A stretch of DNA of 49,079 nucleotides. Origin: Sphingomonadales bacterium. GTDB lineage: Bacteria > Bacteroidota > Bacteroidia > Chitinophagales > Chitinophagaceae. Position numbers and translations under genes: made by a program. Position 1 is the stretch's first letter. Every line of letters starts with the position of its first letter. Below the pieces are notes generated by a model. It worked only from the letters and a program-made list of their open reading frames with translations. It ran no database searches and was not told the origin of the DNA. Shown in pieces: positions 18,701 through 28,007 of this stretch. Where the stretch lies: NCBI GenBank assembly GCA_046081865.1, contig JBJTWT010000041.1, positions 1 through 49,079 on the forward strand. The letters are read 5' to 3'.

Positions 18701-19232
18701 GTTCATTAGCAAAAAGATCAAACCCAACTTTGTGGCTCTCGGAAAAAAGCTGGGTTCAAAAATGAAAGCAGTGAGCGCTGCGCTGGCCAACTTTTCTCAA
18801 ACCGATATTGCGTTATTAGAAAAAGAAGGACAGTACACACTCGCGCTCGAAGATGGGGCTGTTACCTTGCTTTTGGGCGACACCGATATTACCAGTGAGG
18901 ATATTCCCGGTTGGACGGTGGCTTCGAAAGGGAAGCTTACGGTGGCTTTGGACATTACCATTACGCCCGAATTGGCCGAAGAGGGTATTGCCAGAGAGTT
19001 TATCAATCGGATACAAAAGATCAGAAAAGATTCATCATTCGAGCTCACGGATAGAATTCTTGTTCAGCTTATGGGCCCTGCTTCTTTAACAGAAGCGCTG
19101 GCTAATTTTAAACCCTATATTTGCGCGGAAATCCTAGCCGATAGGTTAGAATTTGTGTCATCGCTCTCGCAAGCCACAGCGATCGACATCAATGACGAAA
19201 TTATGAATGTGCTTGTAACCAAAAACGGCTAA
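15789..19232 (+). CDS. ileS: Isoleucine--tRNA ligase, type 2
   Basis: Motifs EGPPSANGMPGIHH, GWDTHGLPVE, WTTTPWTLPSN, GTGIVHTAPAFGADD, SRSRYWGTP, EGVDQTRGWF and KMSKR. Confidence 0.97.
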   Translation: MSAKYREFSGLNLPAIEKEVLERWSAGQAFEQSVSLREGATPFVFYEGPPSANGMPGIHHVISRTLKDLVCRYKTMQGFQVKRKGGWDTHGLPVELGVEKELGITKEDIGVKISVSDYNKACREAVLRYKDKWDDITRKMGYWVDLQHPYITFENRYIETLWWLLSELFKKGLLYESVSIQPYSPAAGTGLSSHELNQPGTYKDVKDTSCVAMFKLLPSDRSQFLFEQTASQVSTDVYLLAWTTTPWTLPSNLGLTVGAQIEYALVSTINPYTFLPINVVLATALISKYFKPEGENQPLEPGQEKSKILPWKILTSFSGSQLEHCHYEQLLPFEANSAAVIESSTPGARPFRVLTDSFVTTEDGTGIVHTAPAFGADDYKVGKKYDIGILTLVDREGKFVDGVGEFTGRYVKDYKNDPSYIDVNIDIAVKLKKENRAFKVEKYEHSYPHCWRTDKPILYYPLDAWFIRTTALRDRMVALNKTINWKPASTGEGRFGNWLENMVDWNLSRSRYWGTPLPIWRTDNGEEQICIGSIAQLKEEIGKSVEAGHSMGDCKKGAPNLTACIDQLVSDLHKPYVDEIVLVSPSGKPMRRVPDLIDVWFDSGAMPYAQWGLPDTSSGAYGPLSPENFFRYHALDKKTGADQHSFPASFIAEGVDQTRGWFYTLHAISGLLFDSVAYQTVVSNGLVLDKNGNKMSKRLGNVVDPFATIDSFGADATRWYLITNASPWDNLRFDSEGIREVQRKFFGTLYNTYQFFVLYANVDGFTYAEAPIAWKDRPEIDRWILSCLHSLTARVTALMNEYEPTAAGRLIEDFVDEQLSNWYVRLCRRRFWKGEYSQDKIAAYQTLYECMETVLRLMAPISPFFSDAIFTELNSISKRHAELSVHHVLYPVADTGCIDTMLEERMQLAQDASSLVLSLRKKVNIKVRQPLQKVLIPVLDRSMQTQLQAIESLIKAEVNVKEISYLQPDNTFISKKIKPNFVALGKKLGSKMKAVSAALANFSQTDIALLEKEGQYTLALEDGAVTLLLGDTDITSEDIPGWTVASKGKLTVALDITITPELAEEGIAREFINRIQKIRKDSSFELTDRILVQLMGPASLTEALANFKPYICAEILADRLEFVSSLSQATAIDINDEIMNVLVTKNG

Positions 19233-19234
19233 TC

Positions 19235-20269
19235 ATGGCAGTGAAAAAGAAACCGGCTCCTAAAAAAGCAGCCCCAAAGAAGCCCGCCAAGCCTGTTGCG
19301 AAAAAAGCAGCAGCTAAATCTGCAAACAATAAAAAGCCAGCGCCAAAAAAACCGGCTGCAAAGCCCGCTGCCAAAAAAATAGCGCCCAAAAAGCCGGCTG
19401 CCAAAAAAGTAGTCGCTAAACCGGTTGCAAAAAAACCTGTCGCAAAGCCATTACCCAAGTCTTCGAAACCGGCTGCAAAAGCACCTGCCTCAAAAGTGGT
19501 GTCTAAAAGCAATACAAAGCCTGCTGCCAAACCAGTGGTAAAGCCGGCTGCTAAAACTCCGGCCAAACCCCTTGCCAAGCCAGGAACTAAAGCACCCGCA
19601 CCGGCTGCAAAGTCTGTGGCAAAACCGGCCGCTAACATGGCAAAGCCTGCTGCGCCCGCTGCTAAAAAGCCAAAACCTACGCCCCCCGCTCCTGTTGCTA
19701 CTGCAGCCAAAAAGGGTGGTGTTGATCCCAGTTCTTTGGTTTCCATCAAGCCCAAAGTAAAGCCCGTCATTAAAAAAGAACCACCCCGTCCGGCCAAGTT
19801 GGTCATTCCTAAGACCAGCACTAAGAGTGCCGTAAAATATGAGCCAGAGTTTACCAAATCGGTACTCGATACTCGTTTGCAGCCCGTGCAAACCGGACCC
19901 ACCCAGCGGTATTCCGATTCCGATCTGGTCGAGTTCAAAGAGATCATTATGCGTAAGCTTGATGCTGCCAAAAAGGAGTTGACTTATTTGCAAGGGTTGA
20001 TTACCCGCAAAGACGAAGGCGGCGATATGGATGATGCTCGCTACATGACCATGGAAGATGGTAGTGTGAGCATGGAAAGAGAACAACTTTCTCAGATGGC
20101 CAGTCGCCAGATTACTTTTATCGATCATCTCGAGAAAGCCATGATGCGCATAGAGAATAAGACATATGGCATTTGTCGTGTTACAGGTAAGCTGATCGAT
20201 AAGGCTCGTCTACGCGCTGTACCCCATGCTACACTGAGCATTGAGGCCAAACAGATGATGAATAAATAA
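19235..20269 (+). CDS. TraR/DksA-family protein with long N-terminal Ala/Lys/Pro-rich (histone H1-like) region
   Basis: C-terminal 'RQITFIDHLEKAMMRIENKTYGICRVTGKLIDKARLRAVPHATLSIEAK'. The first ~190 aa are KKPAAK-type repeats. Confidence 0.85.
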   Translation: MAVKKKPAPKKAAPKKPAKPVAKKAAAKSANNKKPAPKKPAAKPAAKKIAPKKPAAKKVVAKPVAKKPVAKPLPKSSKPAAKAPASKVVSKSNTKPAAKPVVKPAAKTPAKPLAKPGTKAPAPAAKSVAKPAANMAKPAAPAAKKPKPTPPAPVATAAKKGGVDPSSLVSIKPKVKPVIKKEPPRPAKLVIPKTSTKSAVKYEPEFTKSVLDTRLQPVQTGPTQRYSDSDLVEFKEIIMRKLDAAKKELTYLQGLITRKDEGGDMDDARYMTMEDGSVSMEREQLSQMASRQITFIDHLEKAMMRIENKTYGICRVTGKLIDKARLRAVPHATLSIEAKQMMNK

Positions 20270-20313
20270 CCAAAAGGTTATAAAAAACTTTGCTGCTGCT
20301 TATTTTTCACAAA

Positions 20314-20321
20314 TACCTTTG
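20314..20321 (+). promoter_or_regulatory. Bacteroidota -7 promoter element (TACCTTTG) for the PhoD-family gene
   Basis: Exact TAnnTTTG match 16 nt before ATG 20338. Confidence 0.6.
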
Positions 20322-20337
20322 TGAAAAATACAATCTG

Positions 20338-21684
20338 ATGCATCGTATCCCTTTTATTGTCGCCAGCTTTTTTTTCTCGTTAATACTGTCTGCTCAATCA
20401 GCGGTGGTCTCCGGCCCCATGTTAGGCCCTGTAGAATTGCGGGATGCTAAGATCTGGGTAGAGGTTTCGCCCGCCGTAAAAACCGCTGCTCTTCGTATCA
20501 ATAAAAAGGGAGACAGATCTTCTTTCGACATTTTATACACTGGCGAGTTGGGGCGTAGCTTTAATCCTATTCATTTTACGGTCGGGGGTCTTGAACCTAA
20601 TACCACTTACGAATATTCGCTATTGCTGAATGGTAAGACCAGTGATTATGGTGGAGAGTTTACCACCAAAATGCTTTGGCAATGGCGTTCTCCCGCACCT
20701 GATTTTAGCTTTTTGGCCGGGTCTTGTTCTTACATTAACGATCCCGCCTACGATCGCCCGGGTACTCCCTATGGTAGCAATGACTCAATTTTTTTAGCCA
20801 TGGCCCGCGAAAAAGCGGCCTTTATGTTTTGGCTGGGCGATGCCTGGTATACACGCGAAGCCGATTACCACAGCGAGTGGGGACTTTGGTATCGTGCCAG
20901 TCACGACCGAGCCACCCCCACCATGCAGCCGCTGTTAAAGGCCATGTCTCATATTGGTATTTGGGACGACCATGATTTTGGTCCTAACAATATGGGGTCT
21001 TCTTATCATCTTAAAGAGACTAGCCGCAAGGTTTACAATAGCTACTTCTGCAATCCTTCTTCGGGTATGAACGGGCAAGGCATCTATACCCAATACAGTT
21101 ACGGGGATGCCGATTTTTTCTTGCTCGATGACCGTTGGTGGCGCAGCGCCGACAACGAACGCGACTCGCTCAATGGTAAACCCAATCCTAACAAAGTAAT
21201 GATTGGGCGCGAGCAGCTCGATTGGCTAAAGACCGCACTGCTAAGCAGTAATGCTCCCTTTAAGATCATCGCCGTAGGCAGTCAGGTGCTCAATCCTGTT
21301 TCGCCCTTCGATCGCTGGCTAGACTTTCCTGCCGAGTACTACGAGTTCATGAATTTTATTCAATCTTATGCCATTAACGGAGTTATCTTTTTGACCGGAG
21401 ATCGTCATCATAGCGAGGTGATCAAAGTAGAGCGTCCGGGTACTTATCCGCTCTACGACATTACCGTCTCTCCGCTTACATCGGCTACCCATGTGTTTGG
21501 CGGAGTAGAAAAAAATAATCCTTATCGGGTGCTGGGGGTAGACCAAAAACACAATTACGGAAAGATCTCCATTAGCGGGCCCCGTGGCTCGAGGGTACTC
21601 AAGATTGAGTACATGGGCACTAAAGGAGACAAATTAGCCGAGTGGAGCGTGGGTGAAAAAGAGTTAAAGACCCCCAGGGGTTAA
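20338..21684 (+). CDS. Alkaline phosphatase D (PhoD)-family metallophosphatase
   Basis: Signal peptide plus GSC, WLGDAWY, IWDDHDFGPN, LLDDRWWR and FLTGDRH. Confidence 0.88.
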   Translation: MHRIPFIVASFFFSLILSAQSAVVSGPMLGPVELRDAKIWVEVSPAVKTAALRINKKGDRSSFDILYTGELGRSFNPIHFTVGGLEPNTTYEYSLLLNGKTSDYGGEFTTKMLWQWRSPAPDFSFLAGSCSYINDPAYDRPGTPYGSNDSIFLAMAREKAAFMFWLGDAWYTREADYHSEWGLWYRASHDRATPTMQPLLKAMSHIGIWDDHDFGPNNMGSSYHLKETSRKVYNSYFCNPSSGMNGQGIYTQYSYGDADFFLLDDRWWRSADNERDSLNGKPNPNKVMIGREQLDWLKTALLSSNAPFKIIAVGSQVLNPVSPFDRWLDFPAEYYEFMNFIQSYAINGVIFLTGDRHHSEVIKVERPGTYPLYDITVSPLTSATHVFGGVEKNNPYRVLGVDQKHNYGKISISGPRGSRVLKIEYMGTKGDKLAEWSVGEKELKTPRG

Positions 21685-22113
21685 TCAGAGATCCTTTTCC
21701 ATGATCAGATGGGGAATGGTGATCTCTTTGAATTCTTGACCGGCCACCCGGTAGCCCATTTTTTCATAGAAGCCCTGGGCCTCTTTGCGAGCATGCATTG
21801 TGAGGGTCTTATACCCTCTGTCGCGGGCCAGCACCTCGGCAAAGTTCATCAGGGCCCGTCCAATCCCTTTGCCCTGCTTTTCGTTGTAAACGGCCATTTG
21901 GCGCAACCGAACGGTCTGGGGGTTTTCTTCGACTAGCATACAACAACCCAGCATATCCTCTTCTTCGAAGGCGCCGATCAAAATATGGCGCGACTCCCCA
22001 TCGAGCTCCGCCGGGTCTAGGCGTAAGCCAAGGGGCTTTCGGAGAATATCCTGGCGAAGGGCAACCATCTGTTGGTACTCCTCGCTGCCGTGCTCAATTA
22101 GTTTAAGGGCCAT
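21685..22113 (-). CDS. GNAT-family N-acetyltransferase
   Basis: Motifs LRQMAV…QGKGIGRALM, HAR…FYEKMGY and IPH..M.K. Confidence 0.9.
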   Translation of the reverse strand: MALKLIEHGSEEYQQMVALRQDILRKPLGLRLDPAELDGESRHILIGAFEEEDMLGCCMLVEENPQTVRLRQMAVYNEKQGKGIGRALMNFAEVLARDRGYKTLTMHARKEAQGFYEKMGYRVAGQEFKEITIPHLIMEKDL

Positions 22114-22270
22114 TGTCTTGGAAAATAAGCCATTTTTAGCAGATCTCCAATGATCGGAAACGGGAGTTTTCGACTTTTTTACCGCTTTTGTAACTAGCTA
22201 GCTTATTATCAGCCGTTTAGTGGGGGTCTTGAAAATAGTTTCTTTCTTGCTTCGAATTGTCTAAATAGTA

Positions 22271-22278
22271 TATTTTTG
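22271..22278 (+). promoter_or_regulatory. Bacteroidota -7 promoter element (TATTTTTG) for acpP
   Basis: TAnnTTTG match 25 nt upstream of the acpP ATG, followed by an A-rich leader. Confidence 0.55.
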
Positions 22279-22303
22279 CTGGCTGAAACCAAAATCAAAA
22301 ATC

Positions 22304-22540
22304 ATGTCAGACATTGCATCAAGAGTTAAGAAGATCATCGTTGACAAACTGGGTGTAGAAGAAGCCGAGGTAAACAACGAAGCATCCTTTACCAACGATT
22401 TGGGTGCCGATTCTCTCGACACTGTTGAGTTAATCATGGAGTTCGAAAAAGAATTCAACATTTCCATTCCCGACGAACAAGCTGAGACGATCACCACGGT
22501 GGGTCAGGCCATCACTTATTTGGAAGAGCACGCCAAGTAA
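22304..22540 (+). CDS. acpP: Acyl carrier protein
   Basis: [20 protein letters not shown] phosphopantetheine attachment site. Confidence 0.97.
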   Translation: MSDIASRVKKIIVDKLGVEEAEVNNEASFTNDLGADSLDTVELIMEFEKEFNISIPDEQAETITTVGQAITYLEEHAK

Positions 22541-22586
22541 GGCAACCGCCTCCGCAGTATATCTTTCCCTAACGGAAAAAATTTGT

Positions 22587-22634
22587 ACCGCCTTCCTGTA
22601 TCTTTAACCAGATCTTCGGAAGGCGGTTTTTTTT
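22587..22634 (+). terminator. Terminator/attenuator-like hairpin between acpP and fabF
   Basis: 10-bp stem accgccttcc…ggaaggcggt with a 21-nt structured loop, followed by a T-tract. Confidence 0.65.
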
Positions 22635-22658
22635 AAAAACAAAGTTTATCTTTCCTTT

Positions 22659-23912
22659 ATGCAATTAAAGCGCGTCGTGGTAACCGGTATGGGGGCGATC
22701 ACTCCCATTGGTAATACACTCAACGAATACTGGGATAATCTGCTGGCCGGTGTATCGGGTGCAGATCTGATAACTCAGTTCGATGCCTCTCGATTTCGTA
22801 CCAAATTTGCCTGCGAGATAAAAGGGTTCGATCCAACACAGTTTATGGATCGTAAGGAGGCCCGCAAGCTCGATCGATTTACGCAACTGGCCCTAGTGGT
22901 AAGCGACCAGGCCATGCAACATGCCGGATTGCACAAAGACAACATTAACCCCGACAGAGTAGGGGTGGTCTTTGCCAGCGGTATCGGAGGGCTTACGACC
23001 TTTCAACATGAGGTAACCGATTTTGCCAAGGGAGACGGCACGCCCCGATTCAATCCATTCTTTATTCCTAAGATGATCTTGGATATTGCCGCGGGGCAGA
23101 TTAGTATGCGACACAACCTGCGTGGTCCCAATTTTGCTGTGGTCAGCGCTTGTGCCAGCAGCACCAACGCCATTATGGATGCGTTTAATCTGATCCGATT
23201 AGGCAAGGCCGATATTATTTTGACCGGAGGAAGTGAATCGGTGATTAGTGAGGCCGGAGTAGGAGGGTTCAATGCCATGAAGGCCATGAGTGAGCGCAAT
23301 GATGATCCAAAGACCGCCAGTCGTCCTTACGATAAGGACCGCGATGGATTTGTAATGGGAGAGGCCACCGGTATGTTGGTGCTCGAAGATCTCGATCATG
23401 CCATTGCCCGCGGTGCCACCATCTATTGTGAGGTGGCGGGTTGCGGGGCTACGGCCGATGCTTATCATATTACCGCCCCACATCCCGAAGGACTGGGCGC
23501 CCGCAATGTGATGCTGGCCGCTCTTGACGATGCCGGTATGCGTCCCGAAGAAATTGATTACATCAACACGCATGGTACCTCAACACCCATTGGCGATGGC
23601 GCCGAAGTAAAGGCCATTACGGCTGTCTTTGGTGAGCATGCCTATCAGCTAAATATTAGTGCCACTAAATCGATGACCGGGCATTGCCTGGGTGCGGCGG
23701 GCGTTATTGAGGCCATCGCTAGCATCAAAGCGGTGATGCACGATGTGGTGCCACCTACGATCAATCATTTTACCGATGATCCCGACATCGATCCCAAGCT
23801 CAATTTTACTTTCAATAAGGCACAGACCCGACCCGTTCGTGCGGCCCTTAGCAACACCTTTGGATTTGGAGGTCACAATGCTTGTGTGATAGTACGTAAA
23901 TACAACGCTTAA
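22659..23912 (+). CDS. fabF: Beta-ketoacyl-ACP synthase II
   Basis: Motifs SACASS, INTHGTST, KSMTGHCLGAAG and SNTFGFGGHN. Confidence 0.96.
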   Translation: MQLKRVVVTGMGAITPIGNTLNEYWDNLLAGVSGADLITQFDASRFRTKFACEIKGFDPTQFMDRKEARKLDRFTQLALVVSDQAMQHAGLHKDNINPDRVGVVFASGIGGLTTFQHEVTDFAKGDGTPRFNPFFIPKMILDIAAGQISMRHNLRGPNFAVVSACASSTNAIMDAFNLIRLGKADIILTGGSESVISEAGVGGFNAMKAMSERNDDPKTASRPYDKDRDGFVMGEATGMLVLEDLDHAIARGATIYCEVAGCGATADAYHITAPHPEGLGARNVMLAALDDAGMRPEEIDYINTHGTSTPIGDGAEVKAITAVFGEHAYQLNISATKSMTGHCLGAAGVIEAIASIKAVMHDVVPPTINHFTDDPDIDPKLNFTFNKAQTRPVRAALSNTFGFGGHNACVIVRKYNA

Positions 23913-23913
23913 C

Positions 23914-24645
23914 GTGCTATTGCCTTTTTTGAATCGGCTATTGGGTTTTTTTTCAACCACTGATTTTTCGAAAGAGCTTTCTCGGGTATTGGGCTATCGA
24001 CCTCGTACGCTGCACCTCTATGTAACGGCGCTGACCCATCGTTCGGTGAGCGAATCGACCGATACCAATAACGAAAGACTCGAATATTTGGGCGATGCCA
24101 TCCTCAGCGCATTGGTGGCCGACTATTTATTTAAGCGATATCCTTACAGAGGCGAAGGGTACTTGACCGAGATGCGAAGCAAGATGGTCAACCGGCAACA
24201 ACTCAACGAGATCGCTCTTCGTATGGGACTAAAAAAGATCACTCGTTACAACCGCACCGATTCTTCGCTGCGAATCAGTCATATTTTTGGTAACACCTTA
24301 GAGGCCCTCATTGGGGCCGTGTACCTTGATATCGGATATGGTCGTACCGAAAAATGGGTTCTAAAAAAGATCATTGTACCCCACATGTTCGTGGACGACC
24401 TCGAAACCTTAGAGATCAATCAAAAGAATAAATTATACGGGTGGGCCAACCGCAACGGTTCGGTGTTGGAGTTCGAGACCATCGAAGAAAAAATAGAGAA
24501 TGGCAGGAGACTCTTTACGGTAGCAGCCCTGCTTAATGGTGAGAGCTTGGCGGTGGGCAAGGCCTTTAATAAAAAAGATGCCTCTCAGCTGGCGGCACAA
24601 GCCGCGGTAGAGAAACTTGGTAACCAGCTTAATGATCCTGCCTGA
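23914..24645 (+). CDS. rnc: Ribonuclease III
   Basis: NERLEYLGDAIL signature, EALIGAVYLD and a C-terminal dsRBD; conserved acpP-fabF-rnc order. Confidence 0.93.
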   Translation: MLLPFLNRLLGFFSTTDFSKELSRVLGYRPRTLHLYVTALTHRSVSESTDTNNERLEYLGDAILSALVADYLFKRYPYRGEGYLTEMRSKMVNRQQLNEIALRMGLKKITRYNRTDSSLRISHIFGNTLEALIGAVYLDIGYGRTEKWVLKKIIVPHMFVDDLETLEINQKNKLYGWANRNGSVLEFETIEEKIENGRRLFTVAALLNGESLAVGKAFNKKDASQLAAQAAVEKLGNQLNDPA

Positions 24646-25039
24646 TCTCTTGACAGATCTCTATCAATACACCTTGGGTCGATTGCGGATGTAAAAAACA
24701 GATCAACTTATTGTCGGCTCCTTTTTTGGGTTCTTGTTGCAACAGGGTAAAGCCTGCTTGTGCTAGGCGTTTCATTTCGGCCACAATATCATCGACCTCA
24801 AAAGCAATATGATGAAGCCCCTGTCCTTTTTTGGCAATAAACTTGGCGATCACCCCATTGGGGTCGGTACTTTCCAATAACTCTACCTTGCCCGAGCCTG
24901 TCTTAAAAAAGGCGGTATTGACTCTCTCATTTTCAACCTCTTCGGTCTTGTAGCAAGGGGTATTGAGTAGCTTTTCGTATAGCGGAATGGCCTCTGAGAG
25001 CGAGTTTACGGCAATTCCTATATGTTCAATATTCTTCAT
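24629..25039 (-). CDS. mce: Methylmalonyl-CoA epimerase
   Basis: Motifs IEHIGIAV, VELLE, GLHHIAFEV, GAD.KLICFLHP and GVLIEICQ. Start reassigned to ATG 25039. Confidence 0.9.
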   Translation of the reverse strand: MKNIEHIGIAVNSLSEAIPLYEKLLNTPCYKTEEVENERVNTAFFKTGSGKVELLESTDPNGVIAKFIAKKGQGLHHIAFEVDDIVAEMKRLAQAGFTLLQQEPKKGADNKLICFLHPQSTQGVLIEICQEIRQDH

Positions 25040-25148
25040 ACGATTGTTAATAAGTGTAAAACAATTGTAATACAATGAAATTAGCACATTCAGATAGAAC
25101 CTTTTGCGATAATTTCGCGTTTTATCAATATAAAATCAGAATCAGTAT

Positions 25149-26366
25149 ATGTTGCAGTTTCCCATCTACTTAGACCATAATGCCACTACCCCTTGCGACC
25201 CTCGGGTGGTAGAGGCCATGATACCTTATTTTACCAACAGTTTCGGAAATGCGGCCAGCCGTAACCACTCTTTTGGCTGGCAGGCCGAAGAAGCCGTAGA
25301 CTATGCCCGCGAACAAGTGGCCAAACTGATCGGAGCCGATCCTAAAGAGATCATCTTTACATCGGGTGCCACCGAAGGAGATAACCTGGCCATTAAAGGG
25401 GTATTCGAAATGTATGCCAGCAAGGGCAATCACATTATTACTTGCAACATTGAACACAAGGCGGTCCTCGATACTTGTCGTCATCTCGAAAAGGAAGGAG
25501 CAGAAGTAACGTATTTGAATGTAAAGCCCAATGGGCTTATCGAACTGGGCGAACTCGAAGCTGCCATTAAGCCCACCACCATTTTGATCGCTATCATGTA
25601 TGCCAACAACGAAATTGGTTCGGTGATGCCAATGCGCGAGATCAGCGCCATTGCCCGCAAGCATGGTGTGCTGCTCTTTTCTGACGGAGTGCAGGCAGTA
25701 GGAAAGATTCCTGTTGATGTCAATAAGGACGGAATAGATCTTATGGCCTTTACTGCGCATAAGATGTATGGTCCCAAAGGGGTGGGAGCGCTTTATGTGC
25801 GCAGAAAGAATCCTCGTGTAAAAGTAACCGCGCAAATTGATGGAGGCGGACACGAAAGAGGCATGCGCAGCGGTACGCTCAATGTGCCCGGTATTGTTGG
25901 CTTCGGAAAGGCCTGCGAGATCTGCCTTAGCGAAATGGAATCCGATACTGCTCGCATTATCAAATTGCGCGATAAGCTGGAACAATCCTTGCTAAAAGTA
26001 GAGGAGTCGTACCTCAATGGAGACAAAGAACATCGTTTGCCCCACGTATCTAACATCTCTTTTAAATATGTAGAAGGAGAGGGGTTGATGATGGGCTTTA
26101 ACAAGAATATTGCCCTTTCTTCCGGTTCGGCTTGTACCTCTGCCTCTTTGGAGCCCTCTTATGTGTTAAAGGCATTGGGGCTGGGAGATGATCTGGCACA
26201 CAGTTCGCTTCGCTTTGGGCTGGGCCGCTACACTACCGAAGAACAGATCGATTATACCGTAGAGCAAGTGACTAATACGGTCAATAAGCTCCGCGATATG
26301 AGCCCGCTGTGGGAGATGTTCAAAGAGGGTATCGATCTCAACACCATCGAATGGGCACATCATTGA
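25149..26366 (+). CDS. iscS: Cysteine desulfurase IscS
   Basis: Motifs [25 protein letters not shown] and [17 protein letters not shown]. Confidence 0.95.
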   Translation: MLQFPIYLDHNATTPCDPRVVEAMIPYFTNSFGNAASRNHSFGWQAEEAVDYAREQVAKLIGADPKEIIFTSGATEGDNLAIKGVFEMYASKGNHIITCNIEHKAVLDTCRHLEKEGAEVTYLNVKPNGLIELGELEAAIKPTTILIAIMYANNEIGSVMPMREISAIARKHGVLLFSDGVQAVGKIPVDVNKDGIDLMAFTAHKMYGPKGVGALYVRRKNPRVKVTAQIDGGGHERGMRSGTLNVPGIVGFGKACEICLSEMESDTARIIKLRDKLEQSLLKVEESYLNGDKEHRLPHVSNISFKYVEGEGLMMGFNKNIALSSGSACTSASLEPSYVLKALGLGDDLAHSSLRFGLGRYTTEEQIDYTVEQVTNTVNKLRDMSPLWEMFKEGIDLNTIEWAHH

Positions 26367-26402
26367 TTTTTTTTAACTTTACAACGCAATAATTAAATAA
26401 CC

Positions 26403-26822
26403 ATGGCATATTCAGAAAAAGTAATCGATCATTACCAGCACCCCAAAAATGTGGGAACCCTCGACAAGAGTAAGAACAGTGTAGGAACCGGATTGGTCGG
26501 TGCCCCGGAGTGCGGCGACGTAATGCGTTTGCAAATTGAGGTAGACGATGCTACCGGTGTCATCAAAGATGCCAAGTTCAAGACCTTTGGCTGTGGCTCT
26601 GCCATTGCTTCTTCTTCGCTGGCCACCGAATGGTTAAAAGGAAAGACCGTCGATGAGGCTGTTAAGATCGATAACATGACCATTGTAGAAGAGCTGAACC
26701 TTCCTCCGGTAAAGATCCATTGTTCCGTACTGGCAGAGGATGCCGTAAAAGCGGCCATCAACGATTATCGTAAAAAGAACGGACTCGAAGAGTTGCAGTT
26801 CGAAGAGAAAGGAGTACACTAA
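26403..26822 (+). CDS. iscU: Fe-S cluster scaffold IscU
   Basis: Motifs GAPECGDVM, KTFGCGSAIASSS and LPPVKIHCS. Confidence 0.96.
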   Translation: MAYSEKVIDHYQHPKNVGTLDKSKNSVGTGLVGAPECGDVMRLQIEVDDATGVIKDAKFKTFGCGSAIASSSLATEWLKGKTVDEAVKIDNMTIVEELNLPPVKIHCSVLAEDAVKAAINDYRKKNGLEELQFEEKGVH

Positions 26823-26828
26823 TATCTT

Positions 26829-27209
26829 ATGGCTGTAGAGACCGCTACTGTTGCCGCCCCTGCTCAAATGGCTAACGTTATTTATGTAAGTGACAAGGCC
26901 CGTGAAAAGGTTTTGCAGTTACTAAGCGATGCCGGTGTAGCCGGAGATGATTCTTATTTTTTGCGAGTGGGCGTTGTGGGTGGCGGATGCTCCGGTCTTA
27001 GCTATAAGCTTGACTTCGATAATGAGAAAAGACCCCTAGATCAGGAGTTCGAAGACAACGGCATCAAAGTGGTTACCGACCTCAAGAGTTTTCTTTATCT
27101 GGTCAATACCACGCTCGATTTTTCGGATGGGCTCAATGGCAAAGGATTCTTCTTTAGTAATCCCAATGCCAGCCGCACCTGCGGATGTGGCGAAAGCTTT
27201 GCGGTGTAA
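26829..27209 (+). CDS. iscA: HesB/IscA-family Fe-S carrier
   Basis: Motifs GGGCSGLSY and NPNASRTCGCGESF. Confidence 0.9.
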   Translation: MAVETATVAAPAQMANVIYVSDKAREKVLQLLSDAGVAGDDSYFLRVGVVGGGCSGLSYKLDFDNEKRPLDQEFEDNGIKVVTDLKSFLYLVNTTLDFSDGLNGKGFFFSNPNASRTCGCGESFAV

Positions 27210-27224
27210 ATCATAAACTCATGT

Positions 27225-27258
27225 AAAAAGGCTGTTCTCTTGCGGGGCAGCCTTTTTT
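27225..27258 (+). terminator. Rho-independent terminator of the isc operon
   Basis: aaaaaggctgttct-cttgc-ggggcagcctttttt, a stem with G:U pairs plus T-tract. Confidence 0.75.
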
Positions 27259-27286
27259 CTTGCCCTTATCTTAGTACTTTAGCACC

Positions 27287-28006
27287 ATGTGGCCACTTTG
27301 TAAGAAAGAGCTTAGACAATTCTTCGGTAGCTTAACCGGGTATATGGCCGTGGCTGTTTTTCTGATCGCAGCCGGATTGGTGTTATTTGTTTTCGAAGAC
27401 AATATTTTCGATTTCGGATATGCCACACTCGAAAGATTCTTTTTATTGGCCCCTTGGTTGTTATTACTATTGATACCGGCCATCACCATGCGAAGCTTCG
27501 CAGAGGAGTTTCGCACTGGTACCTACGAGCTATTGGCCACGCAACCCATTAGCAAGACACAAATGGTTGCCGGTAAATATCTGGGAGCGCTGCTGGTGGT
27601 AATGGTGGCGCTCTTACCTACGGTGGTCTATGGGGTAGCGGTAGAATCACTTTCTACCGGAGAGGGATTGGACAAAGGAGCGACCGTGGGCTCTTATCTG
27701 GGATTGTTGTTGCTGGCCGCCGTCTTTACCATGATCGGCTTGTATTGCAGCAGTCTTACGGCCAATACGGTGGTCGCTTTTTTATTGGCGCTGGTCTGCT
27801 GTTCGCTGCTGTATTATGGGTTTACGGCCATTAGTCGATTACCCGACCTTACCGGTGGAGCCGATTACTGGATAGAGTGGTTGGGAATCGATCAACATTA
27901 TCAAAGTATCAGTCGTGGTCTTATCGATGGTCGCGACATGGTTTATTTTATTAGTTTGATTCTTTTGTTCTTTGCATTGACCATACGAAATCTGCTTCAG
28001 CGTTAA
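27287..28006 (+). CDS. gldF: Gliding motility ABC transporter permease GldF
   Basis: KKELRQFFGSLTGY, APW…IPAITMRSFAEE…GTYELL and SISRGLID; lies directly upstream of gldG. Confidence 0.85.
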   Translation: MWPLCKKELRQFFGSLTGYMAVAVFLIAAGLVLFVFEDNIFDFGYATLERFFLLAPWLLLLLIPAITMRSFAEEFRTGTYELLATQPISKTQMVAGKYLGALLVVMVALLPTVVYGVAVESLSTGEGLDKGATVGSYLGLLLLAAVFTMIGLYCSSLTANTVVAFLLALVCCSLLYYGFTAISRLPDLTGGADYWIEWLGIDQHYQSISRGLIDGRDMVYFISLILLFFALTIRNLLQR

Positions 28007-28007
28007 C

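Noticed and set aside
19201-20128. Antisense ORFs of 256 and 212 aa, and repetitive DNA that could mimic an array
   Set aside because: Mirror of the AKP low-complexity coding region. No constant repeat/spacer structure and no cas genes, so not CRISPR.
22114-22303. Longer intergenic regions (also 40494-40608 and 46170-46352) as possible tRNA or ncRNA loci
   Set aside because: No cloverleaf, T-loop or other recognisable RNA motif; consistent with promoter or spacer DNA. An Infernal/Rfam scan would be decisive.
25170-25985. 271-aa antisense ORF inside iscS
   Set aside because: Lies entirely opposite a highly conserved gene and has no protein-like features.
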